Origin: a virus
Length of the DNA stretch: 59,919 nt
Virus genome (UHGV): UHGV-0342645
Strand: one strand, 5' to 3'
This document shows, piece after piece, positions 8,683 through 16,840 of the stretch; positions within the stretch are counted from its first letter, which is position 1; each line of letters begins with the position of its first letter. The notes below the pieces were generated by a model. It was not told where the DNA came from. It worked only from the letters and a program-made list of their open reading frames with translations, and made no database searches. A program made the position numbers and the translations under genes.

Positions 8683-8934
8683 TTAAGCCTCCGAACTAAC
8701 ATTAACTAAAGAATTTACCCAACGACCTTCTTCGAAAGGAAACTCGCCAATAAAGACGGATTTACCCGTATCCTCATACCATCTGTCGTAATCGTCGTAT
8801 CCGTCTATATAAGGCTCATTTTCATAAGCATAGAGCTCTTCACACTTATCAACCGCGAGCCAGTTAGCCCAGACAGGCACTACAACCCGAGTCCCGAAAT
8901 AGTTAACAACCTTTTCATCATATTCTACACGCAT
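8683..8934 (-). CDS. hypothetical protein, paralogue family member
   Basis: ATG 8934 with GAGGAA SD preferred over track start 8964, which has no SD. The MRV... start aligns with paralogue 29405. Contains the VPVWANWLAVD motif. Confidence 0.55.
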   Translation of the reverse strand: MRVEYDEKVVNYFGTRVVVPVWANWLAVDKCEELYAYENEPYIDGYDDYDRWYEDTGKSVFIGEFPFEEGRWVNSLVNVSSEA

Positions 8935-8945
8935 TCTTCTTTCCT

Positions 8946-9302
8946 CTATATATTTTTCTGCCATTGACGAACAGTTTCTAACATAGATTTATAATCGTCA
9001 TCCCAATCATAATTCTCAACATCTTTTTGAAGTTTGGCGATCATTTCTTCAAGGCTGTTAGCTGGTAAGTAGCTTTCACCAAATGCAGCAAGACGTTTGT
9101 GATAATCGGGGCTTTGTTCATCCACCCAGCCAAATTCAGCTTCAAATGAATCACAACCCGAGCACGATCCATAAGAACCTTCACAAACCCCCAATACACC
9201 ATCTTTTCTTATCAGGGCAAGCCATTCACCCTGATAACAACCAAACTCAACAAAATCTAATACTTCGCATCCAGCAGCTTCTAATGCTAATTGATAAGAC
9301 AT
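8946..9302 (-). CDS. hypothetical protein
   Basis: 118 aa with GAGGAG SD and a Cys-rich central segment (SYGSCSGCDSF). Confidence 0.6.
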   Translation of the reverse strand: MSYQLALEAAGCEVLDFVEFGCYQGEWLALIRKDGVLGVCEGSYGSCSGCDSFEAEFGWVDEQSPDYHKRLAAFGESYLPANSLEEMIAKLQKDVENYDWDDDYKSMLETVRQWQKNI

Positions 9303-9544
9303 TCTTCTTGCTCCTCTACATATTTAGTGACACATTTTTGAAAATTAAGAACGATATTTTTCTCTTTTACGGAGTGAAATTTAACACGTTCCGGGCAGAT
9401 AATCCAGCCTTCAAAACGTTGAGTAGCGTCATTCCATGCAGCACGACCATAATAGCCGCGATATGGACCTAATCGCATTGCATTTACCTCTGTAACCACA
9501 TTGCTGGAGGTGCTGGGTGTAGCGCTTACACTGGAGTCGCACAT
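9287..9544 (-). CDS. hypothetical protein with HicB-like fold signature
   Basis: ATG 9544 with AGGAGG SD. GYYGRAAWNDATQRFEGWI...KFHSVKEKNIVLNFQKCVTKYVE resembles HicB-like antitoxin N-domains, from pattern recollection only. Confidence 0.5.
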   Translation of the reverse strand: MCDSSVSATPSTSSNVVTEVNAMRLGPYRGYYGRAAWNDATQRFEGWIICPERVKFHSVKEKNIVLNFQKCVTKYVEEQEECLIN

Positions 9545-9653
9545 AATACCTCCTTGATGCTCTAAAAACAGGTGTGAATTGATAGAAATTGCTTGCATCC
9601 GCTTAAAGATGGTAGCTATGGAGCAGCTACAAGACGAATTATACGTTGACGAC

Positions 9654-9878
9654 TCAGAATTTACTACCAAAATCCATATATTTGACGGTTATAGTGAATA
9701 TGCCATGTTTAATATTGTCCGTGAGATACAAATTACTATCCAATTCCTCTTTAGTGTACAGATAAGCATTACTTACTTCATCTGTAAGTCCTTGCATCGG
9801 AGCAAGCAGCCACCAACCCCTCCAGTCAAACATAGGCGATTTATCAGACACTCTTAATATATAACGTTTATTATTCAA
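9654..9878 (-). CDS. hypothetical protein
   Basis: 74 aa ORF with a TTG start and only a weak SD. Coding status is uncertain. Confidence 0.35.
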   Translation of the reverse strand: MNNKRYILRVSDKSPMFDWRGWWLLAPMQGLTDEVSNAYLYTKEELDSNLYLTDNIKHGIFTITVKYMDFGSKF

Positions 9879-9899
9879 ACCAATACCTTGTCACCAGAC

Positions 9900-9995
9900 T
9901 AATTTCGCATTGCTAGTACAACAATTAGCACCATTAACATTGCTCCAGCTACCATACCGAGCACAAATACACTAGCTAATCCGATTAAACTCATT
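9900..9995 (-). CDS. small hydrophobic peptide (31 aa, single TM)
   Basis: Not in the track (<60 aa). GGAGA SD 7 nt upstream of ATG 9995. Translation: MSLIGLASVFVLGMVAGAMLMVLIVVLAMRN. Confidence 0.4.
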
Positions 9996-10340
9996 TCAAT
10001 ATCTCCGATCAGTTTTATATCATCCATATTTTAACACTAAACCCAGTATATAGAAAGCGTGAAATACTCAAGGGTCCGTTTTTAAGGTAGGTGGGGTCAT
10101 GGATGTAGGTGGATAGTAAAGTGATGGGTGAGATTTAGACAAGGACTTACTATCAGGATGGACAGGGCACGCCCCAGCGCTCCAAGTACCTGGAAAAGGA
10201 TGGGTCGGGTTGCGCGGCTGGGCCTGCGTGGGTCGGTGTGCGCTGTGCGAGCTGTGCGCCACGCTGTGCGCCTGTTTCACCCGAGCTAATGCATTACCAT
10301 TGCCTATATGCATTAGCTCGCTAGCGTGGCGCTGTGTGTG

Positions 10341-10499
10341 TTATAGCGCCGCTCCTCCTTTGCGGGCTTTACGTGCTGCATAACGCTGTTCCCTTACTTC
10401 GTTGTATTGGCGATCCCATTTAGCATCCATTACTTCGGTTACGATCAGTGCTACCAGTGGACTTACTACTGCGATAACCATCATAATTAAAATTAACAT
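10341..10499 (-). CDS. small membrane protein (52 aa, N-terminal TM, basic C-terminus)
   Basis: Not in the track. GGAG SD then ATG 10499. Translation: MLILIMMVIAVVSPLVALIVTEVMDAKWDRQYNEVREQRYAARKARKGGAAL. Confidence 0.5.
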   Translation of the reverse strand: MLILIMMVIAVVSPLVALIVTEVMDAKWDRQYNEVREQRYAARKARKGGAAL

Positions 10500-10548
10500 T
10501 TTGTTTACTCCGTTATTTGGTTGATGTATGTAGTATCCACCAGACCGA

Positions 10549-10731
10549 TCACGATGTCCAGATGTTTTGGTCGATTAATTTTGCATAGAAGTCGCGCCCT
10601 GTCTGCATGGCTTGGGACCAGTTGGTTTCTTCCCATTCCATGCGCATAACCTGCAATAATAACGCGTGTTGTGCGCGGGTAAGTTTGTTTTTACTGGACA
10701 TAATATACCTCTGCATAGTTAAGTTAGCCAT
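10549..10731 (-). CDS. hypothetical protein (first gene of leftward arm)
   Basis: 60 aa with AGGGG SD, downstream of the leftward promoter. Confidence 0.55.
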   Translation of the reverse strand: MANLTMQRYIMSSKNKLTRAQHALLLQVMRMEWEETNWSQAMQTGRDFYAKLIDQNIWTS

Positions 10732-10782
10732 TTTGTGTACCCCTTTAAGTTAAGTTTTACTGTATTACCTTGCTATGTGTAT

Positions 10783-10811
10783 ATAGTAATGCTAGACCTA
10801 AAACTTGCCAA
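10783..10811 (-). promoter_or_regulatory. sigma70-like leftward promoter
   Basis: Minus strand TTGGCA (10811..10806), 17 nt spacer, TACTAT (10788..10783). The -35 overlaps the -35 of the rightward promoter. Confidence 0.55.
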
Positions 10812-10833
10812 GTGTTTTTGCACTTTTTATAAA
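10805..10833 (+). promoter_or_regulatory. sigma70-like rightward promoter
   Basis: TTGCCA (10805..10810), 17 nt spacer, TATAAA (10828..10833). The -10 lies within the 12-bp palindrome TTTTTATAAAAA. Confidence 0.55.
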
Positions 10834-11053
10834 AATATTTTGGCACCTTTTATGCCTGCGTGTGCGTGCCCGCGCGTATAGTGCAATTCGTGTGATGTTA
10901 GTTAGGCCGTTTGTGCTAAACATGCAGGGCAAGCATAATTTTCACTAGATGCAAAACAATATCAAAATAGCACTTTTGGCCTATTCAATATCACGATGCA
11001 AGGCTATTATTACTTCAACAAAGCAATACTGCTTAACCACATTAGGTAGCATC

Positions 11054-11206
11054 ATGGAATTCAAATTAGTGGGACTCGAGTCCGGTAAAATAGCTGGTTA
11101 TGTATCTGCTCCAAGCTGGGAAGAGGCCGAAATCTTCTTAATGGGTCAGTTCGATATGTACATTAGCGAAATTTACAAAGAATACGATTTAGTCCAAATT
11201 AAGTGA
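11054..11206 (+). CDS. hypothetical protein
   Basis: Internal ATG 11054 (MEFKLVGL...) with AGGTAG SD-like sequence. 50 aa. Confidence 0.4.
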   Translation: MEFKLVGLESGKIAGYVSAPSWEEAEIFLMGQFDMYISEIYKEYDLVQIK

Positions 11207-11274
11207 TTTATATCTTGCCTAGTTGATACGACTGGGCAATAATAAGTCAACTTAAACAAAACGAGGATTACATC

Positions 11275-11523
11275 ATGGCTACTTCTATCGTCACCAAATT
11301 TTTGGCACCAACTAACACCAAAGGCGCACGCATTGCAGTTAAAGGTTTTGGCAAGCGCAAAGTCTATAGCTGGGACTATGCACTCGACGTAACGCTTAAC
11401 CATAAAGCAGCGGTACAGCAGTTCCTCAAAGCGTTTAACGCCGAAAACGACACCGACTATGGCATCGTTGCTTTCGCAAGCATGGATATCGCAACCGCCG
11501 ATTTCGTAGCAATCGTGCAGTAA
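11275..11523 (+). CDS. hypothetical protein
   Basis: 82 aa with GAGGA SD. Confidence 0.6.
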   Translation: MATSIVTKFLAPTNTKGARIAVKGFGKRKVYSWDYALDVTLNHKAAVQQFLKAFNAENDTDYGIVAFASMDIATADFVAIVQ

Positions 11524-11596
11524 GTTTTCTTATACACTGCTCATCATTACGGTGGGCAGTAATAAGCAAACTAACATTAACGAAAGGAGATATACC

Positions 11597-12169
11597 ATGT
11601 CTAAAGTAACTCACCGCGAACAGGACAAAATGCGCTACACCATGAAAACGAATGCACGCCGCGCCCTTAAGACCCGTTGGGGCCAGGTTGCACGCGATGC
11701 ACACGAACAGTTAATCCATCAGGACGATATCGGTTTTTACATCGTCGAAAAGGAAGTCCTTCAGGTTCTGCGCGACCATGAAAAAGCTCAAAAGCCGGAG
11801 CAGAAAGTCCCAGCACCGACCGCCGCGCCAGCTGCCCGCGTCTCGGTACTGCGCCCGATGGTAAATCCGGAAATCGTCAAAAGCTGCCTCGAAGCTCTGG
11901 AGCAGGAGGAAGAGAAAGATATGAAACACGCAAAAGCTGCCGCACCAAAACAGGATGCAAAAGCTGCTCGCTGTGATTTCAAAAATGGCGCTCGCAAGCC
12001 GCTCAAAGGAAAAACTGCCGAAGTGTGGGCAATGGGTGACAAACTTCTGAAGGAACTGGGCCGCACGCCGGAGCTGAAAGAAATGAAAGCTGCAATGCCT
12101 TCTTACAACGGGACAACTGTTGCCATTCAGTTCTACGCCTGGCGCAAATATAACGACCTGGACGCATAA
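11597..12169 (+). CDS. hypothetical protein
   Basis: ATG 11597 with AAGGAG SD (MSKVTHREQ...). 190 aa, Lys/Ala/Glu-rich. Confidence 0.6.
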   Translation: MSKVTHREQDKMRYTMKTNARRALKTRWGQVARDAHEQLIHQDDIGFYIVEKEVLQVLRDHEKAQKPEQKVPAPTAAPAARVSVLRPMVNPEIVKSCLEALEQEEEKDMKHAKAAAPKQDAKAARCDFKNGARKPLKGKTAEVWAMGDKLLKELGRTPELKEMKAAMPSYNGTTVAIQFYAWRKYNDLDA

Positions 12170-12209
12170 TCTATAACCACACTGTTCACTGACGGCTTCT
12201 GCGGGAGCC

Positions 12210-12539
12210 CTATTTAAGATAAAGATTTTCAATCATATCGTTTTTCGGGTCGTTAATATACTTCCCGAAGACAGCTTTCTTACCCTGCGGCCCGTGGAAC
12301 ATTTCGTACACAATACGGGTCCGTAACACTTTACGGTTTTCCCCGCCACAAATTGGAGCAAGACTAATCCTAGCTTGCAGATGAGCAGCGCATATATCCT
12401 TAGCTTCGTCACCTTTAGTTATGCCATATTTTTTAAAAGACTTCTTCCAGAATAAATCCCCGTCGCGGTATTCAAAATATTTATTCCAATTAGGTTCCTT
12501 CTTCCACCAGTGCTTTTCATAATCCCATTCAAGGCTCAT
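12210..12539 (-). CDS. hypothetical protein, possibly a degenerate homing-endonuclease-like DNA-binding protein
   Basis: Lone minus-strand gene in the plus arm. ATG 12539 with GGAG SD. FEYRDGDLFWKK...RISL...RIVYEMFHG recalls N-terminal regions of phage HNH/AP2 endonucleases, but no HNH motif is present. Confidence 0.45.
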   Translation of the reverse strand: MSLEWDYEKHWWKKEPNWNKYFEYRDGDLFWKKSFKKYGITKGDEAKDICAAHLQARISLAPICGGENRKVLRTRIVYEMFHGPQGKKAVFGKYINDPKNDMIENLYLK

Positions 12540-12755
12540 AGTCACTCCTCTTGATGATTTAATTTGCGCGCGCTACGTAAGACAGCCTCCTTAGACTTGT
12601 TATCGCGGCTGCGGCTACCCGTGTTACCGGACCGCTGCAATAACTCCTCTCTGCCTTAACGCAGATTATAGCTTGATATACCTTCCGATCACAATAGTTC
12701 AATAAATTTGCCTCAAAAGCACTTGACTTCTCGTTTTTGATCTGCATCCGTTCAG

Positions 12756-13063
12756 GTTTATGAAAGTTTATAGAGTTTATATTGTGAAGTATAAACAATC
12801 ACATAATACCAATAGGTACTATATACATTAATAATAAATCCTTATTTTATATATATTTATAGTTATTATTAATATTAGTTTAATTTGGTTTATTTTAGTT
12901 AGTTGACTGAAAGTTTATAAGTTTATAGGGGTATACTCCCAACTTTTTTCAGATAATTAATAGTATAGTAGTGATAGTGGTTTTTGCACGTTTTCACTAC
13001 TACTACTAATTATTTGTTTGAAAAGGGGGTAATAAGGGGAAACCGTAAACTTATAAACTTTGC
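12756..13063. repeat. GTTTAT(A) iteron-like repeats
   Basis: GTTTAT at 12756, 12766 and 12775. AAAGTTTATAAGTTTATAGG at 12910..12929. Its inverted copy AAACTTATAAACTTTG at ~13048..13063. All lie in very AT-rich DNA. Confidence 0.6.
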
Positions 13064-13229
13064 TCTGTGTAAAAATAAAAAATTAGTGAATAGTGAGATA
13101 GTGGTTCATAGTGGCAAACTTTTACAAAGCGAGTAACGACGCACTATACACATTTTGCCCACTATGTACGCCACTAAGCACTATATTAAAACAATCCTTG
13201 CAAATAGCTAATGTCTGTTTTATAGTGGC
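12961..13229. repeat. ATAGTG(G) / CACTAT motif array
   Basis: ATAGTGG at 12974, 13098, 13108 and 13222. TAGTG at 13084 and 13091. Inverted CCACTAT/CACTAT at 13142, 13159 and 13179. Confidence 0.6.
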
Positions 13230-13253
13230 TTCACCAGTTGACTAGGAGGATTT

Positions 13254-13982
13254 ATGAGCGAAGAAACTATTACGTCTAAAACTGTGGTTAAAGATTTGTG
13301 CTATGTTGCATGGGTTGCTCAAGCTTGCTCGCAGTTGCGCGGTGCACCAACCAAATCACAGGCGCTTGCTATGGTGGAGAATTACTTCAACGATGATTTG
13401 GAACAGCCAGTTAAAAAATCTGTAAGACCGAAAGCGGGAAAGCTGGATGCAGAACGGGCGACTTTTCTTGCATGGGTTAGCGATAAGCTGGGCCATGAAC
13501 TGGATGCCAAAGAGCTTCGCAGCTATACGGGCAAATTCAATTACCACACGGGCAAGGGTAACGACCCATATGAAGAAGCATTTAAGGTGAAAGAAGATAA
13601 GGGTAAGGTAGGGCGCAAGGAAAACGTCGAGCTTAAAGCATGGATAGAGCGCCAAGCTTTGCTCAAAGGGGATTCTCTGACAGATAAGGAAGCGGATAAA
13701 TTGACACATCGTTGGTACAGGATGCGCCGGAGCGGCGATATCCAGGACTGGGATAATCGCGGTCGCTGGCCTACCTGTTCCCTGCACCATTACGAAACCG
13801 CTACCGCTATCCGTGTCAAGCTTGGCGCTCATTGGGTAGACCTTGCAATATACAAGGATGCTGAGCAGGCTAAAAATATTCTTCCGAACATTGATAATTG
13901 GCTTATTAGCTTAAGACAGGGAAGGGAACCACAGGACGTTATGTTAGAAGTTGGTAACCATATTATCACAACTCCGCACTAA
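13254..13982 (+). CDS. hypothetical protein (C-terminal AP2-like segment)
   Basis: 242 aa with AGGAGG SD. First gene after the iteron region. C-terminus AIRVKLGAHWVDLAIYKDAEQAKNIL. Confidence 0.65.
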   Translation: MSEETITSKTVVKDLCYVAWVAQACSQLRGAPTKSQALAMVENYFNDDLEQPVKKSVRPKAGKLDAERATFLAWVSDKLGHELDAKELRSYTGKFNYHTGKGNDPYEEAFKVKEDKGKVGRKENVELKAWIERQALLKGDSLTDKEADKLTHRWYRMRRSGDIQDWDNRGRWPTCSLHHYETATAIRVKLGAHWVDLAIYKDAEQAKNILPNIDNWLISLRQGREPQDVMLEVGNHIITTPH

Positions 13983-14047
13983 TGCAAAAATAGTTGCAAA
14001 GTAAGGCGTTACTGTGTATTGTGTGGACGGTTGTAACGGAGGGTATT

Positions 14048-14251
14048 ATGGATCACGAATCGGAATTTGATTTGAACTACATAACGGCGGCGGAAATCGA
14101 AGACCGTTATGGCATATCTAAGTTTAAGATGTCGCGCATACGTGATAGCATCCCGGGCGCTATCAGAATTGCTAACCAGTACATCTACAAACGTTCCTTA
14201 GCGGTGCCCGCCCTGGAAAAGATGCAAGGCGATAAGCGTCGGAGGTCATGA
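14048..14251 (+). CDS. small helix-turn-helix DNA-binding protein
   Basis: ATG 14048 with GGAGGG SD. ITAAEIEDRYGISKFKMSRIRD resembles AlpA/excisionase-type HTH. Confidence 0.45.
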   Translation: MDHESEFDLNYITAAEIEDRYGISKFKMSRIRDSIPGAIRIANQYIYKRSLAVPALEKMQGDKRRRS

Positions 14252-14463
14252 TGGTACTTAGTGAAGTTGGACAAAATAAGCTTCGGGAGCAGGGTTGGTT
14301 TATTGGGCATTACATGCATTACCGCACAGCTTATATTATGGTTGCTGGGACTATTGTTTACCTTGGACATTATGAGAGCTATCTGGATGCAGAGAAAGTC
14401 ATCAACAAGACTAAGGAGCACTTATTAGTCGCCATCGGTTGCGCAATGGTTAGTTCTCAGTAA
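14248..14463 (+). CDS. hypothetical protein (AP2-like segment)
   Basis: 71 aa with an ATGA overlap with the upstream gene. Contains GTIVYLGHYESYLDAEKVI. Confidence 0.55.
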   Translation: MMVLSEVGQNKLREQGWFIGHYMHYRTAYIMVAGTIVYLGHYESYLDAEKVINKTKEHLLVAIGCAMVSSQ

Positions 14464-14474
14464 AAGGATAAATC

Positions 14475-16817
14475 ATGGAACTGTTTCCCGCTGAAATTAA
14501 AGCTTTCCCACAATGGGCGGTCGCTGATGCGGATAAAAAGCCGCTTGTATGGGACAACGATATCGGACGTTTGATGGCGGCGGACGTTACCGATCCGGAT
14601 ATGCTAATGACGTTTGAAGCTGCCAAAGGTTGCGCTGCTCATTTCAATAAACCTTATATTGGCTTCGTGCTTACTGCGCAAGACCCGTTCACCTGCATCG
14701 ACCTGGATGTAAAGAACGCAACCAATGAACCTGATCCCAAGAAGCACACGACGCCGGAACAGTTGCGCCGCTTCGAACAGATTATGACCGCGTTCGATAC
14801 TTACACCGAAGTAAGTCGCTCAGGATTGGGCGTCCACCTGTGGTTAAGAGGTAACATCGGTAAAGGTCGTCGGCGTGATGGTGTCGAGGTTTATAGTCAG
14901 GAGCGTTTTATTATCTGCACGGGTAATCCTGTCTATAACAAACCAGTTGCAGAACGTGATCATTATCTTACTATGCTTGTGAATGAAATTGATCTTCAGC
15001 GCAAGACATATGAAATTGAACTGGTAGAAAAAGATCCGGTAGAAGACGACGCAACTATTCACCAGCGTGCGCTTGAAGCAGACAACGGCGATAAGTATGC
15101 ACGCCTCTTCAATGGTGAATGGGTTGAAATGGGATTCCCTTCCCAGTCTGAAGCAGATCTTGCCCTTATTTCCATGTATGCATTCTACACAGAAAGTAAT
15201 GAGCAATGTCGTCGTCTCTTCCGTTACAGTGCACTGGGCAAACGTGAGAAGGCTAATAAGAACAATGTTCATATTGACCGTTGTTTACGCATGTGTCGTG
15301 GTCGCATGGAACGTGAGCGCATTGCTCAGGAAAACGTAGCGGCGCTGGCGCGGGATTACGCTGCCCGTATGCAAGCCGCACACAGTGCAATGCAGCAGGT
15401 AACAGAAATGCCTGTAACCGTCGAAACAACACAGGGGCAGACAGTAGTTGCAGAAAGCACATCCGTTGATGCAACAGCTATTGAATGGCCGCCGGGGCTT
15501 GCTGGTGAGCTTGCTAAATATATATACAAAGCATCCGTCAGACCAGTGAAAGAAATCTCTATTGTTACCTCGCTCGGATTTATGGCTGGGGTATGCGGGA
15601 AAGTATGGCAGATCCCGCAATCCGGTCTTAATGGATATTTTGTCTTAATTGCTCGTTCTGGTGTTGGTAAAGAGACGTTGAACAGTGGGCTGTCTAATAT
15701 AGTTAGCCAGATTCAGGACCAGTTTCCGCAGATTCATAGCTTTGTATCTTTTGATAGATGCGCTTCTGGATCTGCACTGCGTAAATCTTTTGCAGACAAA
15801 CAATCTTTTATCAACCTGAATGGTGAGTTCGGTAAGATTATCAAAGCAATGGCAACGGCTCCAGCAGGCTCGCCGATGCAAAGTTTCAAGAATGACCTTA
15901 CCGATGTTTATCAAAAGTCCGGTCAGATGTCTATCGTTGGTGGTATGTCTTATTCTGATAAGGCTAATAATACTGAAGCTCAACAAGGTGTGGCATATAG
16001 CATCATGGGCGAAACGACACCGGATACGTTCTTTGAAGCATTAACCCGTGAAATGATGGAGGATGGATTCTTATCCCGTTTCCATGTTGTACGCTATGAA
16101 GGTGATCGACCGCCTTTAAACAAAAATCAGCAGACTACAATGGATCAGCATTTGAAGGACATGGTGTGCCATCTTGTTAACCACACTTTAGTAACAATGG
16201 CAAAGCATCAGAGTATTGAAGTACAGTTTAGCCCGGATGCGGAAGCATTATGCGATCAGTTTAACGATGAATGTGATCGCAATATTAACGCAACCAAAGA
16301 CGAAGCAATCCGTCAGCCGTGGAACCGTGCTCACCTGAAGGTCTTGCGACTTTCTGCCTTGTTAGCCGTGGGTGAGAACTGGATCAATCCGGTGGTACAA
16401 ACCTATCATGTGCAATGGGCTTTGGACTTCGTGCGTCATGGGCAGGATATTATTATGAAGGAATGGCATAGCGGAGGCATTGGGACTAATGATGAAGCTC
16501 GTATCCGTACTATGTGTCAGGTCTGTGTGAATTATCTAACTAAAGACTGGGTGAAAGTTAAACGTGTAGATTTGCGCAAAGAAGGTATTATCACGCGAGG
16601 GGATATTACTACGCGTCTTGCAAGTAAGTCCGCGTTTAAAAACTATCATCACGGATTATCCGCTGCAATCGAGTCTACAATCAAGGAGATGGTTGCTATG
16701 GGTGCACTTGTTCCGGTAACACGGGAGGAGACTATTAAACTGGGATTTACTGGGGTAGCTTGGCGCATTACGCAAGATGTTGAAGGAATTATGGCAAACT
16801 TAGGTGAAGAGGAATAA
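14475..16817 (+). CDS. bifunctional DNA primase-polymerase / helicase
   Basis: 780 aa. N-terminal AEP prim-pol signature (FTCIDLDVK, GVHLWLRG), PriCT-like SQSEADLALISMYAFYT, and a central P-loop ARSGVGKETL. Confidence 0.8.
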   Translation: MELFPAEIKAFPQWAVADADKKPLVWDNDIGRLMAADVTDPDMLMTFEAAKGCAAHFNKPYIGFVLTAQDPFTCIDLDVKNATNEPDPKKHTTPEQLRRFEQIMTAFDTYTEVSRSGLGVHLWLRGNIGKGRRRDGVEVYSQERFIICTGNPVYNKPVAERDHYLTMLVNEIDLQRKTYEIELVEKDPVEDDATIHQRALEADNGDKYARLFNGEWVEMGFPSQSEADLALISMYAFYTESNEQCRRLFRYSALGKREKANKNNVHIDRCLRMCRGRMERERIAQENVAALARDYAARMQAAHSAMQQVTEMPVTVETTQGQTVVAESTSVDATAIEWPPGLAGELAKYIYKASVRPVKEISIVTSLGFMAGVCGKVWQIPQSGLNGYFVLIARSGVGKETLNSGLSNIVSQIQDQFPQIHSFVSFDRCASGSALRKSFADKQSFINLNGEFGKIIKAMATAPAGSPMQSFKNDLTDVYQKSGQMSIVGGMSYSDKANNTEAQQGVAYSIMGETTPDTFFEALTREMMEDGFLSRFHVVRYEGDRPPLNKNQQTTMDQHLKDMVCHLVNHTLVTMAKHQSIEVQFSPDAEALCDQFNDECDRNINATKDEAIRQPWNRAHLKVLRLSALLAVGENWINPVVQTYHVQWALDFVRHGQDIIMKEWHSGGIGTNDEARIRTMCQVCVNYLTKDWVKVKRVDLRKEGIITRGDITTRLASKSAFKNYHHGLSAAIESTIKEMVAMGALVPVTREETIKLGFTGVAWRITQDVEGIMANLGEEE

Positions 16818-16818
16818 A

Positions 16819-16840
16819 TAAAGGGCCTTCCGGCCCTTTA
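16819..16840. terminator. bidirectional intrinsic terminator
   Basis: AAGGGCC-ttcc-GGCCCTT flanked by A-tract and T-tract. Lies between convergent genes 14475..16817 (+) and 16838..17068 (-). Confidence 0.7.

Noticed and set aside
10068-10313. 81-aa ORF (P/S/H/T-rich) on the minus strand
   Set aside because: It has no Shine-Dalgarno, its biased composition simply mirrors the C-rich repeat DNA, and its start codon sits inside a 12-bp palindrome arm. I treat it as non-coding (see the finding on the element).
12559-12798. 79-aa minus-strand ORF at the edge of the iteron region
   Set aside because: It has no SD, runs through repeat DNA and overlaps GTTTAT iterons. It is more likely non-coding.
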